Part shown: in pieces, positions 10,205 to 19,634 of the stretch
How the letters are laid out: the number at the start of each line of letters is the position of its first letter
How positions within the stretch are numbered: the stretch's first letter is position 1
Assembly (NCBI GenBank): GCA_038209745.1
Contig: JBBQXJ010000020.1
Coordinates: forward strand, 1 to 60,280
DNA: 60,280 nt
Reading direction: 5' to 3'
Origin: Verrucomicrobiota bacterium
GTDB taxonomy: Bacteria; Verrucomicrobiota; Verrucomicrobiia; Limisphaerales; CANJSG01
Translations under genes and position numbers: made by a program
The notes under the pieces: generated by a model
The model's input: the letters and a program-made list of their open reading frames with translations, nothing else
What the model was told of the DNA's origin: nothing
The model's database searches: none

Positions 10205-12082
10205 ATGAGCGTAAAATCATTCCTGTCCGTGGACTTCGGTGCCGGCACTTTGAAGATCGCGGAGTTTGAGCGGAACGAGGCGGGTGGCCTTCGGCTCAAG
10301 CAATTCGCCACAAAGGCCCTCGGTCCCGCGGGTGCGCAGGAATCCACCCGCGAAGCGGCCGTGCTCGGCGCGATGCAGGAGTTGCTCCCGGCGTTCTCCT
10401 CCCGGCAGGTCAGTGTTTGTGCGCCCGGATTCCACGTCTTTTCCAAGTTCATCAAGTTGCCCCCTGTCGATTCGTCGAAGGTGGCCCAGATCGTAACCTA
10501 CGAAGCCCAGCAGAACGTCCCGTTTCCGCTCGAAGAGGTGGTTTGGGACTACCAGATCCTCGGCACCTCCGCCTCGGGCGAGTTGGAGGTCCTCTTGGTG
10601 GCGATCAAAACGGAGATCGTCGAAGGCCTGTTCCGAACGGCGCAGGCTGCGGGAGTCCGGATCGAACTGGTCGATGTTTCGCCGGCGGCTCTGTGCAATG
10701 CCTTTCGCTATAACTACGGCGATCCCGAAGGCTGCACCATGCTCTTGGACATTGGAGCCAAGACCAGCAACTTGCTTTTCTTCGAGAAGGGCAAGGTCTT
10801 TGCGCGGGGGATCAGCATCGGGGCCAATTCGATCACCCAAGAATTTGCCAATGAGGCCAAAATTCCTTTCGCCGAGGCCGAGCGAATAAAGATCGAAAGT
10901 GGCTTCGTCAGCCTTGGGGGCGCCTATGAGGAACCCGAGGATCCGAAGTTGGCGGCGGTGTCCAAGATCGCGCGGCAGGTGTTGACCCGGCTCCATATCC
11001 AGGTCAACCAAACGATCCAGTTTTATCGGGCACAGCAGGGTGGCTCCGCGCCGCAGATGCTGTTCCTCTCCGGCGGCGGCACGGTGATGACCTACACCCA
11101 GGAGTTTTTCACCGAGAAGCTCAATGTCCCGGTGGAGTATTTCAATCCGTTCAAGTCTGCTGAATTTGCTCCCGGGGTGAATCTTGAGGAGTTGTCCACC
11201 GTGGCCCACTCGTTCGGTGAAGTGGTCGGTCTTGGCCTGAGAAACTTGGCACATTGTCCGGTCGAGCTCAACTTGATGCCGAAGACGTCGCTCCAACGTC
11301 AGGAATTCGGCCAAAAGAAACCCTATTTCATCGCGTCAATCCTCTCGCTCGTTCTGGTGGTTTTCGCCATCGGTCTTTTCTACCAGCGTCGCGATACCAT
11401 CAAGGTCTCGAAAATTAGCGAAGTGAAACCGGTGGTCGAAGAACTCGAGGCGAATGCCCAGACCCTGTCGGCGGCAGTCGGGGAAGTCGGGCGCATCAAG
11501 AAGAACATCGATGAACTCGGGCAGTTGGTGGACGACCGGGCGTATTGGTCGATCGTCCTGAACGAGCTGCATCGGATTCTTGTAGAAGTTGAAGTGGCGA
11601 CCAAGGAGAAGGTGGGTGCCGACGCCGGAGTCTGGGTGGAGAAGTTTTCCCCGGTTGTTCCGGGATACTCGGCCGGCGTGGGTGGCGATTTCGGAGGAGG
11701 TGGAGGCGGCAATTCCCAGGCGGCTGAAATGGACAGCGCCAAGATGCGGGCCACCTATATGAGCCGAGCGGGCCGAGGCGGCGGCCGCCCTGACTACGGA
11801 TCGATCGCCGAGGCCGAAACGCCCAAGGCGCCGATGTCCGTGACAACGGCATCCACCAATGAACTTTCCAGTATTTCCTGCGTCATCCGCTCGGTCAATC
11901 TGAGCAAGAAGTCGCCGACCGCCAACACGGACCTTGTCTATCGATTGAGGGATGCGTTTATCGCCAGCCCCATCTTCGGAGAAGGAACAGCCATCGAAGG
12001 TGGCATTGGCCAAGTCGACGACTCGCAGATCACGATCGGTTTGAACATGACCCTCAAGCTCAAACGGCCCCTGAAGTTCTGA
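10205..12082 (+). CDS. pilM: Type IV pilus assembly PilM (actin-like) fused to a PilN-like TM/periplasmic region (Amuc_1101-like)
   Basis: VDFGAGTLK, EAQQNVPFPLEEVVWDYQ, LDIGAKTSN, LSGGG, VGLGLR, then a PilN-type ELNLMP motif, a TM helix and a coiled coil. Confidence 0.85.
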   Translation: MSVKSFLSVDFGAGTLKIAEFERNEAGGLRLKQFATKALGPAGAQESTREAAVLGAMQELLPAFSSRQVSVCAPGFHVFSKFIKLPPVDSSKVAQIVTYEAQQNVPFPLEEVVWDYQILGTSASGELEVLLVAIKTEIVEGLFRTAQAAGVRIELVDVSPAALCNAFRYNYGDPEGCTMLLDIGAKTSNLLFFEKGKVFARGISIGANSITQEFANEAKIPFAEAERIKIESGFVSLGGAYEEPEDPKLAAVSKIARQVLTRLHIQVNQTIQFYRAQQGGSAPQMLFLSGGGTVMTYTQEFFTEKLNVPVEYFNPFKSAEFAPGVNLEELSTVAHSFGEVVGLGLRNLAHCPVELNLMPKTSLQRQEFGQKKPYFIASILSLVLVVFAIGLFYQRRDTIKVSKISEVKPVVEELEANAQTLSAAVGEVGRIKKNIDELGQLVDDRAYWSIVLNELHRILVEVEVATKEKVGADAGVWVEKFSPVVPGYSAGVGGDFGGGGGGNSQAAEMDSAKMRATYMSRAGRGGGRPDYGSIAEAETPKAPMSVTTASTNELSSISCVIRSVNLSKKSPTANTDLVYRLRDAFIASPIFGEGTAIEGGIGQVDDSQITIGLNMTLKLKRPLKF

Positions 12083-12083
12083 T

Positions 12084-13049
12084 ATGGAGTGGATTAAGCG
12101 GAATCTTGTCTTTGTCGCCGTTGGCGCCGCCTCGCTGGTCCTCTTGGGGGTTGCGACGTGGTTCCTGTTCGCCCAGATGGGTGAAAACACCACCGCCGAC
12201 CAAACGTTGACCGACCTGCTCGACAAGCGGGTGCAGCTCTGGTCTGCCCCGGTCCATCCGGTTGGCAAAGGCGAAATCAAAAACATCGACGAAGTTAAAA
12301 AGGATCGGAAGCGGCTCGAAGGGTTTCTGACTCAAATCAAAGCCGTTATTCCTCCGATGCCTCCGGCATCGAACATCGACGACCAAGCATTCAAAGGGCT
12401 CTTGGAACGAACGGTTTTCCAGTTGAGCCGCTACGCCACGAACAACGGCATTCCCGTGCCGGAAGGATTCGCGTTCTCGTTCGCCCCCGTTCGTTCGATG
12501 TTCAAATTCAATAGCAACTCGATCAGTCCACTCGTGCTGCAATTGGGAGATGTCCAGGCTCTGACCGAGATACTGGTGGAGGCCCATGTCAATTCGATCG
12601 ATGGAATCCGTCGTTCGTCGATGACAGTCGAAGATCAAGCGGCAACCGGGGGTGCCGACTTCCTCAGCCTGCCCGCCAAGACAAACGAGTTCACCATCAG
12701 CATGACCTACGAGCTCACCTTCCAATCATTCAGTCCAGAAATCGCGGACATCGTGAACCGGATGATGAGGTCCGACCGTTGCATTATCGTAAAAGATATC
12801 GACGTCTCGTCGGCCGGAGGGATGACCAGTCTTGGAGAGGGAAGGCCAGGAAACTTCATGGCGGAACAACGGGGCGGCGATCCCTATGCAGGTCTGAGGC
12901 CGGGAGGCGGACGGGCTTCCTTTGGAGGATATCAGGCGACCCAGCCAGAAGTGAACCCGATGCAGCCGGTGGTGGTGTTGGATAGTCGTCCGCTTCGCAT
13001 CACCCTGCTTGTCGATGTTGTTCGTCTTGTGGGCACCAACGCGCGTTGA
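12084..13049 (+). CDS. Amuc_1100-like pilus-associated protein (PilO-like position)
   Basis: N-terminal TM, F...L...V..L...A...GI.VP..FAFSF, QL.DV..L..ILV.AHV; located between pilM and the secretin. Confidence 0.65.
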   Translation: MEWIKRNLVFVAVGAASLVLLGVATWFLFAQMGENTTADQTLTDLLDKRVQLWSAPVHPVGKGEIKNIDEVKKDRKRLEGFLTQIKAVIPPMPPASNIDDQAFKGLLERTVFQLSRYATNNGIPVPEGFAFSFAPVRSMFKFNSNSISPLVLQLGDVQALTEILVEAHVNSIDGIRRSSMTVEDQAATGGADFLSLPAKTNEFTISMTYELTFQSFSPEIADIVNRMMRSDRCIIVKDIDVSSAGGMTSLGEGRPGNFMAEQRGGDPYAGLRPGGGRASFGGYQATQPEVNPMQPVVVLDSRPLRITLLVDVVRLVGTNAR

Positions 13050-13051
13050 TC

Positions 13052-13834
13052 ATGGATTTTCTCAAAAAGCACTACGAAAAGATCCTGCTGGCGGTCATCT
13101 TGTTGGGGTTGGTCCTCGCAGCGGCTGCGCTGCCCTTCACCTTGGAGGGAGACAGGGAGAACTTGTCCAAGATCGACGATCGACTTCCGCCGCCGAAAAT
13201 CTACAAACCGCTGGATCTTTCCGCGCCGACCGAAGCGTTGAAGCGGATGAAGAATCCTCCGAAACTCGTCCTGTCGGGTCAGCACAACACCTTCAACCCG
13301 GTTACTTGGAAACAGAAGCAAAACGGGGATCTGGTGAAACTTCCGCCGGGAACCGAAGGAGCCGAGGCCATCAGCATTCTCGAAATCCGTCCCCTCAAGT
13401 TTGAAGTCATCTACGAAAAAAGCCCGGCTGGAGGAGGTCACTTCTTTACCGTCGTCCAAGAAATATCCCCCCGAAAATCAGCCCGCCGCGCCTCACGGTA
13501 TTTTACCCCGGGTCAAAAGAGCGGAGATCTCCAGCTTTCATCGGTGAAGACCCTTCCGGGAGGAGTCGAAGAGTTCCTTTTCGAGATCCCCGAGACCAAG
13601 GAAACCTTCCGGGTCACCAAGGATAAAGCATTCTCGCGGATCGAAGGCTACGAAGCGGATCTCCGATACGATTTGGAAAGCAAGACCTTCAGCGGGGTCC
13701 GGAATGGGACCGACCTGTTTTTCGACGGCGGATGGCACAAAATCGTTGTCATCACTTCGTCGCAAGTTAGGATCCAAAGCACCGCGACACAGAAACAAAC
13801 GACACTCTCCCTCCAGGGTTCCCATTCCCCCTAA
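13052..13834 (+). CDS. Amuc_1099-like membrane-anchored protein
   Basis: N-terminal KKHYEKILL plus TM, HN.FNP..W; synteny within the secretin operon. Confidence 0.55.
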   Translation: MDFLKKHYEKILLAVILLGLVLAAAALPFTLEGDRENLSKIDDRLPPPKIYKPLDLSAPTEALKRMKNPPKLVLSGQHNTFNPVTWKQKQNGDLVKLPPGTEGAEAISILEIRPLKFEVIYEKSPAGGGHFFTVVQEISPRKSARRASRYFTPGQKSGDLQLSSVKTLPGGVEEFLFEIPETKETFRVTKDKAFSRIEGYEADLRYDLESKTFSGVRNGTDLFFDGGWHKIVVITSSQVRIQSTATQKQTTLSLQGSHSP

Positions 13835-13843
13835 AAGTCCATT

Positions 13844-16756
13844 ATGCGTTGTTCCAGAGTTAAAAGTCCCATGCTCAAGGGTGTTTGTTGCGCCTTTGCC
13901 TTCTTGTTGATCTCGGGTCCCGTCGCTCAGCGGACCTTCGGGCAGGCGGCCTCGACCGTTACTGCCGAAGAGGAAGCTGTTCGAAGGCAGGAGGCCGCTC
14001 AAACCCTCTCGACGAAGGTGAAGCAGGCGACCGCTGAGGAGGCCAAAGGCCGCACCGAGCAGGCGGCCAGATTGTATCAGGAGGCAGTGCTCCTGATACC
14101 ACAAGTGGGTCTTGGCTCGGCTGGAGTCGAAGCTGAAAAGAGCGCCGCTGTTGCGGGTCTGGTCAAGAATTCCTTGGCGTTGGCGAAGGATGCCCAGGCC
14201 AAAGGTGACTTCGTCACGGCCGACGTTCAGATTTCACGGGCGCTGAACGCCGATGCGACCAATCCGGAAGTGGTCAATGCGAAGGAGTTGAATGCAAAGC
14301 TTCTTGAGCACCAGCGGGGACGGATTCCGAGCGAAGGAGTGGTGGCTCAGGCGAAAGACATCAAGGAAGAGCACATCCAGGTCAACACTCTCGTTCAAGA
14401 TGGAAAGTGGCTCTACGAAGCCGGCAAATTCGACGAGGCCCAAGCGAAGTTGGAGAAGGCCGTAAAAGCCGAACCGCTCAATGCCGGAGCGGGTTACTAC
14501 TTGAACCTTGTCAAAGAAGCCAAGATATCGAGCGCGGCCCGGAAGCGTTCCGACAATGCCAAGACCGTGATGATCGAGGTCGAGAAGGCGTGGAACCCCA
14601 CGGTCAAGCGGGACATTCTCCCGGTTCCAAATCCGATGGCCCGGACCAACATTATCTACACCTCGGCGGGTCGCCAACGGATCAGCAGCAAACTCCATCG
14701 AATCATAATGAAGGAAGTGGCGTTCGACGGAGTGCCGCTATCCGAGGTCCTGCGACAGCTTCGAATCGAGGCGAAGAACAGTGATCCTGATGGGAAGGGA
14801 ATCAACTTCCTGATCAATCCACACGCTGATGCCGCGTCGGCCATCCCAGATACCACGACCGCTCTCGGTGCCCTTGGGGGCCGACCGGGAGGTGCTGGTG
14901 CTTTCGGTGGAGGCGGCGGGGCTAGTGGTCGTGGCCCCGGGCTTGCACCCGCGTTCGGACAGGGTGGATTCGGCCCAGGAGGAATTCCGGGTGATCCTAA
15001 TGCGTTTCCTGCAGAACCGGTCGAAGCGAGCGTCGACATCAATTCGGTCATCATCAAGATCGACCCGCCCCTGTCAGATCTCACCTTGGCGGACGTTTTG
15101 GATGCGATCGTCACGGTCGCAGATCAGCCGATTCGATATCGGATCGACGAATATGCGGTCGTTTTCCAGCCAAAACCCAAATCGCGTCAAGCGTTGGTTA
15201 CCCGCACCTTCAAAGTGGATCCCAACACCTTCGTCCAAGGTTTGGAGAGCGTCACAACACTGGACTACAACTTCATCGGTAGCGCGGGTGGTGGCGGTGG
15301 CGGTGGTGCCGGCGGAGGAGGAGGAGGAGGCGGAGGCGGGGGCGGAGGCGGCAGTCAGAGTGGACAAGGCGGGAGCAGCTCCTTTGGTTTGCCTCGAGTC
15401 TCCGCTGCTTCGAGTTCCCAGCAGGGCGGTGGCGGCGGTGGCGGCGGCGGCGGCGGTCAAGGCGGCGTTGGTATCCAGTTTGTGACCGGCCGGACCAATA
15501 CTCTGAACGTCCACGAGCTGGTTCGCCTCTATTTCACCGCAGCCGGCGTCGATCTCAGCCCACCCAAAACCATTTTCTTCAATGATCGTGCCGGATTGTT
15601 GATGGTCCGTGCCGCGGCCGAGGATCTGGAGACGATCCAATCTGCGATCGAGGTTCTCAATGTGTCGCCGCCGCAGGTGACGATCGAAGCGAAGTTTGCC
15701 GAGATCAACCAGAACGACAGCAAGGCGCTCGGCTTTGATTGGTATCTCGGAAATTTCACCCTCGGTGGGGGCAAAGTCGGTGCGCAGGGCGGAACCGCCC
15801 CGTCCTTCGGATCACCTGCGGGAAGTGGTTCGACGGCCAATCCCTCCGGAATCTTCCCCGGCCCAGGTCTTCCCAACGGTGCTGGCGGATACACCCCCGG
15901 CCCCGGGACCATCTCGCCCTCTGGATCCGATGGTCTGATTACCTCGGGTATCAGAAACACGTTTGGTGGAACATTTGGTGTGACGGACGGGACGACACCG
16001 ACGGTCGCGACGATTACGGGAATCCTGACAGATCCCCAGTTCCGTGTGGCCATCAAAGCACTCGAACAGCGAGGCGGTGCCGATGTTCTGACGGCACCGA
16101 AGGTGACTACCCTCAGTGGACGCCAAGCCCAGATCGCCATTTTGGATCTGCGGACGATTGTCAGTGGAACTACGGTCGGTGGAAACACCGGCGGTGGCGG
16201 AAACAACAACAACAACAGCGGATCGGGGACCACTGGAAACAATGCGACCCAGCAGATCACCTATCCGACCACCGCGATTCCGTTTGGACCCACCTTGGAT
16301 GTGGTTCCCTACGTCTCGGCCGATGGATTCTCCATCCAGATGACCATTATCCCGACCATCAGCGAATTCCTGGGTTATGACGATCCCGGTGGGTTCATCC
16401 CCCAGGCTCAGGTCGCCGTGGGCAACAACGTCGGGACCCCTCTGCTTGGACTCCTTCCGCTGCCCCATCTGCGGACCCGCTACGTTACCACGAGCTGTGT
16501 TGTCTGGGACGGCCAGACCATCGTCATCGGCGGCCTCATTGCGGAGGACATCAGGAAGATCAAGGACAAGATTCCGGTCTTGGGCGACCTGCCGTTGGTG
16601 GGACGTCTGTTCCGCAGCGAGTCCAATACGAGCTCGAAGAAGAACCTCTACATCTTTGTGACCCCGGCGATCATCGACCCAGCGGGCAACCGGGTGCACA
16701 ACGACGAGGATCTCCCGTTCGCCAAGAAGTCGATTCCGGACCAGGCTTCGAATTGA
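13844..16756 (+). CDS. Secretin (GspD/PilQ family) with TPR-like N-terminus and Gly-rich inserts
   Basis: PPQVTIEAKFAE, DVLTAPKVTTLSGRQAQI, GPTLDVVP, DGQTIVIGGLI, KIPVLGDLPLVGRLFRS, LYIFVTP. Confidence 0.92.
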   Translation: MRCSRVKSPMLKGVCCAFAFLLISGPVAQRTFGQAASTVTAEEEAVRRQEAAQTLSTKVKQATAEEAKGRTEQAARLYQEAVLLIPQVGLGSAGVEAEKSAAVAGLVKNSLALAKDAQAKGDFVTADVQISRALNADATNPEVVNAKELNAKLLEHQRGRIPSEGVVAQAKDIKEEHIQVNTLVQDGKWLYEAGKFDEAQAKLEKAVKAEPLNAGAGYYLNLVKEAKISSAARKRSDNAKTVMIEVEKAWNPTVKRDILPVPNPMARTNIIYTSAGRQRISSKLHRIIMKEVAFDGVPLSEVLRQLRIEAKNSDPDGKGINFLINPHADAASAIPDTTTALGALGGRPGGAGAFGGGGGASGRGPGLAPAFGQGGFGPGGIPGDPNAFPAEPVEASVDINSVIIKIDPPLSDLTLADVLDAIVTVADQPIRYRIDEYAVVFQPKPKSRQALVTRTFKVDPNTFVQGLESVTTLDYNFIGSAGGGGGGGAGGGGGGGGGGGGGGSQSGQGGSSSFGLPRVSAASSSQQGGGGGGGGGGGQGGVGIQFVTGRTNTLNVHELVRLYFTAAGVDLSPPKTIFFNDRAGLLMVRAAAEDLETIQSAIEVLNVSPPQVTIEAKFAEINQNDSKALGFDWYLGNFTLGGGKVGAQGGTAPSFGSPAGSGSTANPSGIFPGPGLPNGAGGYTPGPGTISPSGSDGLITSGIRNTFGGTFGVTDGTTPTVATITGILTDPQFRVAIKALEQRGGADVLTAPKVTTLSGRQAQIAILDLRTIVSGTTVGGNTGGGGNNNNNSGSGTTGNNATQQITYPTTAIPFGPTLDVVPYVSADGFSIQMTIIPTISEFLGYDDPGGFIPQAQVAVGNNVGTPLLGLLPLPHLRTRYVTTSCVVWDGQTIVIGGLIAEDIRKIKDKIPVLGDLPLVGRLFRSESNTSSKKNLYIFVTPAIIDPAGNRVHNDEDLPFAKKSIPDQASN
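15283..15467 (+). repeat. GGN trinucleotide low-complexity tracts (poly-Gly) inside the secretin
   Basis: Runs of GGT/GGC/GGA encoding GGGGGGGAGGGGGGGGGGGGGGS and QQGGGGGGGGGGGGQGG. Confidence 0.85.
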
Positions 16757-16798
16757 TCAACCGTGTTTCGGAATCCTGTCAGCCAAGCAATCAAGCGT

Positions 16799-18019
16799 AT
16801 GCCTAACATTCGTAACTCAAAGGCTACCCGGTTCGTGTGCCTCGGTTTGCTCGGTGCCGGCTTGGCGGGCAGCGGCCATGCGGCCACGGACATCCTGATC
16901 ACCGGACCTCTGGCCGGAAACCAATTGCGCCCCGCTGTGAGCATATCCGCAGGCGGTGGCTTCGTGGTCTGGCAGGACGATCAAATCGACGGTCGTGGCT
17001 GGGGCATCGCCCTCCGGCGTCTCGGAAGCGACCTTCAGCCTGCTCCGGAAAAGGCAGTTCTGGTGAATTCACAGAAGGCCTACGACCAGGACAGTCCTCA
17101 GGTCGCCTGTTTGCCGGACGGAGCCGGAATCGTCGTTTGGCAGGGCGGTCGGCGCGGACAGCGGGACATCTATTACCGCAAGATCTCGGCCAGCGGCACT
17201 TGGTTGACGACCGAGACCTACGTCAACACCCACCGGACCGGCGAGCAGATCGCACCGGCGGTGGCGGCACTCTCAGGGGGCGACGCCGTGGTTGCTTGGA
17301 CGAGCGTGAACCAAGAAGGCGCCTTCAAAGGCATCTTTGGTCGGCGGATCTTGGCGAACAGCGGCGGATCTCCCGATCAGATGCGGTTTAGCAGTCCCGA
17401 TGGACGCGAGGATTATAGCCCTTCGTTGGCCCCGTTGAGCGGCGGCGGCTTTGTCTGTAGCTGGATCTCTGGATCGAAGCGGCATTGGCGGCAGGGAGAT
17501 CGTTTGCCGGGGGACGCGGTGGTCTCCGCCCGGGTCTTCAACAGCGTCGGGATGCCGCTGAGCGACGAGGTGGATGTCAGTGAAGACGGAGGTTTTGCCG
17601 TCTCGTGTAGTGTTGCGGCCATGCAGGACGGTTTTGTGGTCGCTTGGGTGGATCGGAAGACCGAACAGGCGTTCTTCCGCCGACACGGCCAAACCGGCGT
17701 GGCAGTCGGATCCGCGCTGCCAATCACTGACAGCAAGAGTTCCCTTGGCAGCGTGGGGGCGTTTGTGGGTGGAAACGTCGCGAGTTTCGTTTGGTCCGAC
17801 AAACTTGCAACCGACCGGAAACAAAGGGTTTACGGGCGGGAATATTCGTTCGATACCGGTTCATTCTCGAAACCGTCACATTTGTCTTCGGCTGGTAGCT
17901 CGGTCCTTCAGGAAATGGACCCGGTCGTGACGGGCGATGGCGCCGGGAGGGTGATCGGTCTCTGGAACAGCTACAACATCGGTTCCGCGTTTGACGTGAT
18001 GGGAACCCAACTTCGTTGA
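16799..18019 (+). CDS. Secreted repeat protein, probable 7-bladed beta-propeller
   Basis: Signal peptide; about 7 repeats of Q..P.V....GG..VVW (NQLRPAVSISAGGGFVVWQ, DQDSPQVACLPDGAGIVVWQ, EQIAPAVAALSGGDAVVAWT and others). Confidence 0.7.
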   Translation: MPNIRNSKATRFVCLGLLGAGLAGSGHAATDILITGPLAGNQLRPAVSISAGGGFVVWQDDQIDGRGWGIALRRLGSDLQPAPEKAVLVNSQKAYDQDSPQVACLPDGAGIVVWQGGRRGQRDIYYRKISASGTWLTTETYVNTHRTGEQIAPAVAALSGGDAVVAWTSVNQEGAFKGIFGRRILANSGGSPDQMRFSSPDGREDYSPSLAPLSGGGFVCSWISGSKRHWRQGDRLPGDAVVSARVFNSVGMPLSDEVDVSEDGGFAVSCSVAAMQDGFVVAWVDRKTEQAFFRRHGQTGVAVGSALPITDSKSSLGSVGAFVGGNVASFVWSDKLATDRKQRVYGREYSFDTGSFSKPSHLSSAGSSVLQEMDPVVTGDGAGRVIGLWNSYNIGSAFDVMGTQLR

Positions 18020-18024
18020 TTCGT

Positions 18025-19572
18025 ATGCGGCGCTTTCTTTTTCAACTGGTTCTGCTGGGGGTGATCTTTGCCTCCCGCTTCGACGGTCTTGGCTTCGCTT
18101 TGAGTGGGCCGGCGATGCCCTATCAAGGAGCGATCAATACGGGAACCGGAGCACCTTTCACCTACTATGGTGGTGTTTTTGGACCTGAGCGGCGGGATGA
18201 GGAATATCGGTGGAACGTGCCGATCATTACCTACGGGTTCGACCAGCCGTTCTTCAACTATTTCGGCACCAACGGGATCAACAGTATCGAGGAGAATTTC
18301 AAGGTCCTAAACAATCTGCCGCCGATCTCCCAGATCTCCGATCAGGTTCTTAGCAACTACCTGTTCGCGGCCGAAGACGTGAACGCCCAAGCCGCCGCCT
18401 TGAGAATCATCGACCTGAAGAGTTACGCTATGCCTTTTATTTTGCAGCACGCGGGCCTTTCCTTTCCAGAATACTTTGTCTGGAGTGCCCGAAGCCGCAC
18501 GATCTACACCGTCGGGCAGCTTTCTTTTACCAACTACACGGTAATGATCAGAAACTACGACCCGATCACCCGGTTTCCGAGCGCAGTGATCAACGGCACG
18601 ACCTACACCTACACGATTGCCGGGGATTTTCTCACTCCATTGCCTTTGTTTTCATCGACGGCCGCTTCGGGAATTCTCGGTTCGGGTCGTGGTTCTAGTG
18701 GGTATTGGGGTCATTCCTTTTGGGGGTTGACCTATGACGATGTCGGCGGGCTTCGGGAACTCTATGCCACGAACAACTTCAACATGGAGCGGGTTCTTCC
18801 GTCGCTGATCTTGCGCTCGGCCGCCGCCGCTGGGGGAGGTGGATCGAGTTCTTTTGGTGGAAGTATTTGGGATGGGCCTTTCGTCAGCAGCAACGGGGTT
18901 GTCTCGGGCGGAATTTGGGACGGTATCTTCACTAGCGGAACTAATGCCGTGGTCGGTGGCGGAACGACGACCACGAACACCGCAACGACAAATTTGTTTG
19001 GGGGAGTCGATGTCGCCATGCGTGGTGGGCTCGACAAGATCACCTTTGTCCGGGTTAATTTCGATTCTCTGCTGGGACAGGGCTTTCTGGCGTTGACCAA
19101 CAATTTCGGGGATCAATTCATCACCAACGGCGTGATCCGGACGCAGCAGGTTGGTCGTCGAATCTTTACCCCTGACATTATGTTTCGGTCTTCAGACCTT
19201 GGGTTGGTTACGGCCCTGCAGCTTCCCGTTTTGTCCGCAAATGTCGTCATCGCTCAGATCAACAACTACGACATCAATATTCCAGCGTCTTCTGTCAATG
19301 CTGGAACTGGGCCGAGTGGCCCAAATTTCTTCATCAATGGGCCGGGAGTGATGGTTCCCGGCAACGAGCTCATTTTCTCGAACATTCTGCCTTGGTATTA
19401 CAATGAAACCACCGGCCCCACTGAGGGGCCTTATGGTCCGGGTGGCAATGGCGTTGACGGCGTTTGGGGAACTTTCGACGGAAACTCCGTCAAGACGATT
19501 TATCCAAACTTTATGAACCTGCAGATTTCGGATCTGGAGTATCTCGTTCAACAGAGCCAATTGAAGCCATAG
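18025..19572 (+). CDS. Secreted hypothetical protein with a degenerate matrixin (M10)-like domain
   Basis: Signal peptide; YRWNVPIITYGFD, IDLKSYAMPFILQHAGL and GLTYDDVGGLRELY resemble the matrixin scaffold but lack HEXXH. Confidence 0.6.
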   Translation: MRRFLFQLVLLGVIFASRFDGLGFALSGPAMPYQGAINTGTGAPFTYYGGVFGPERRDEEYRWNVPIITYGFDQPFFNYFGTNGINSIEENFKVLNNLPPISQISDQVLSNYLFAAEDVNAQAAALRIIDLKSYAMPFILQHAGLSFPEYFVWSARSRTIYTVGQLSFTNYTVMIRNYDPITRFPSAVINGTTYTYTIAGDFLTPLPLFSSTAASGILGSGRGSSGYWGHSFWGLTYDDVGGLRELYATNNFNMERVLPSLILRSAAAAGGGGSSSFGGSIWDGPFVSSNGVVSGGIWDGIFTSGTNAVVGGGTTTTNTATTNLFGGVDVAMRGGLDKITFVRVNFDSLLGQGFLALTNNFGDQFITNGVIRTQQVGRRIFTPDIMFRSSDLGLVTALQLPVLSANVVIAQINNYDINIPASSVNAGTGPSGPNFFINGPGVMVPGNELIFSNILPWYYNETTGPTEGPYGPGGNGVDGVWGTFDGNSVKTIYPNFMNLQISDLEYLVQQSQLKP

Positions 19573-19597
19573 AGGTTCTTCGAGATCCGAAGATTCT

Positions 19598-19629
19598 GAA
19601 GCCCCGTTCCACAAAGGAGCGGGGTTTTC
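19598..19629. terminator. Intrinsic terminator between convergent genes
   Basis: GAAGCCCCGTTCC-ACAAA-GGAGCGGGGTTTTC hairpin ending in a T run. Confidence 0.7.
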
Positions 19630-19634
19630 TGCTG

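Noticed and set aside
15283..15467. Repeat tract as a CRISPR or non-coding array
   Set aside because: Simple GGN codon runs in frame within the secretin; no repeat-spacer structure anywhere in the window
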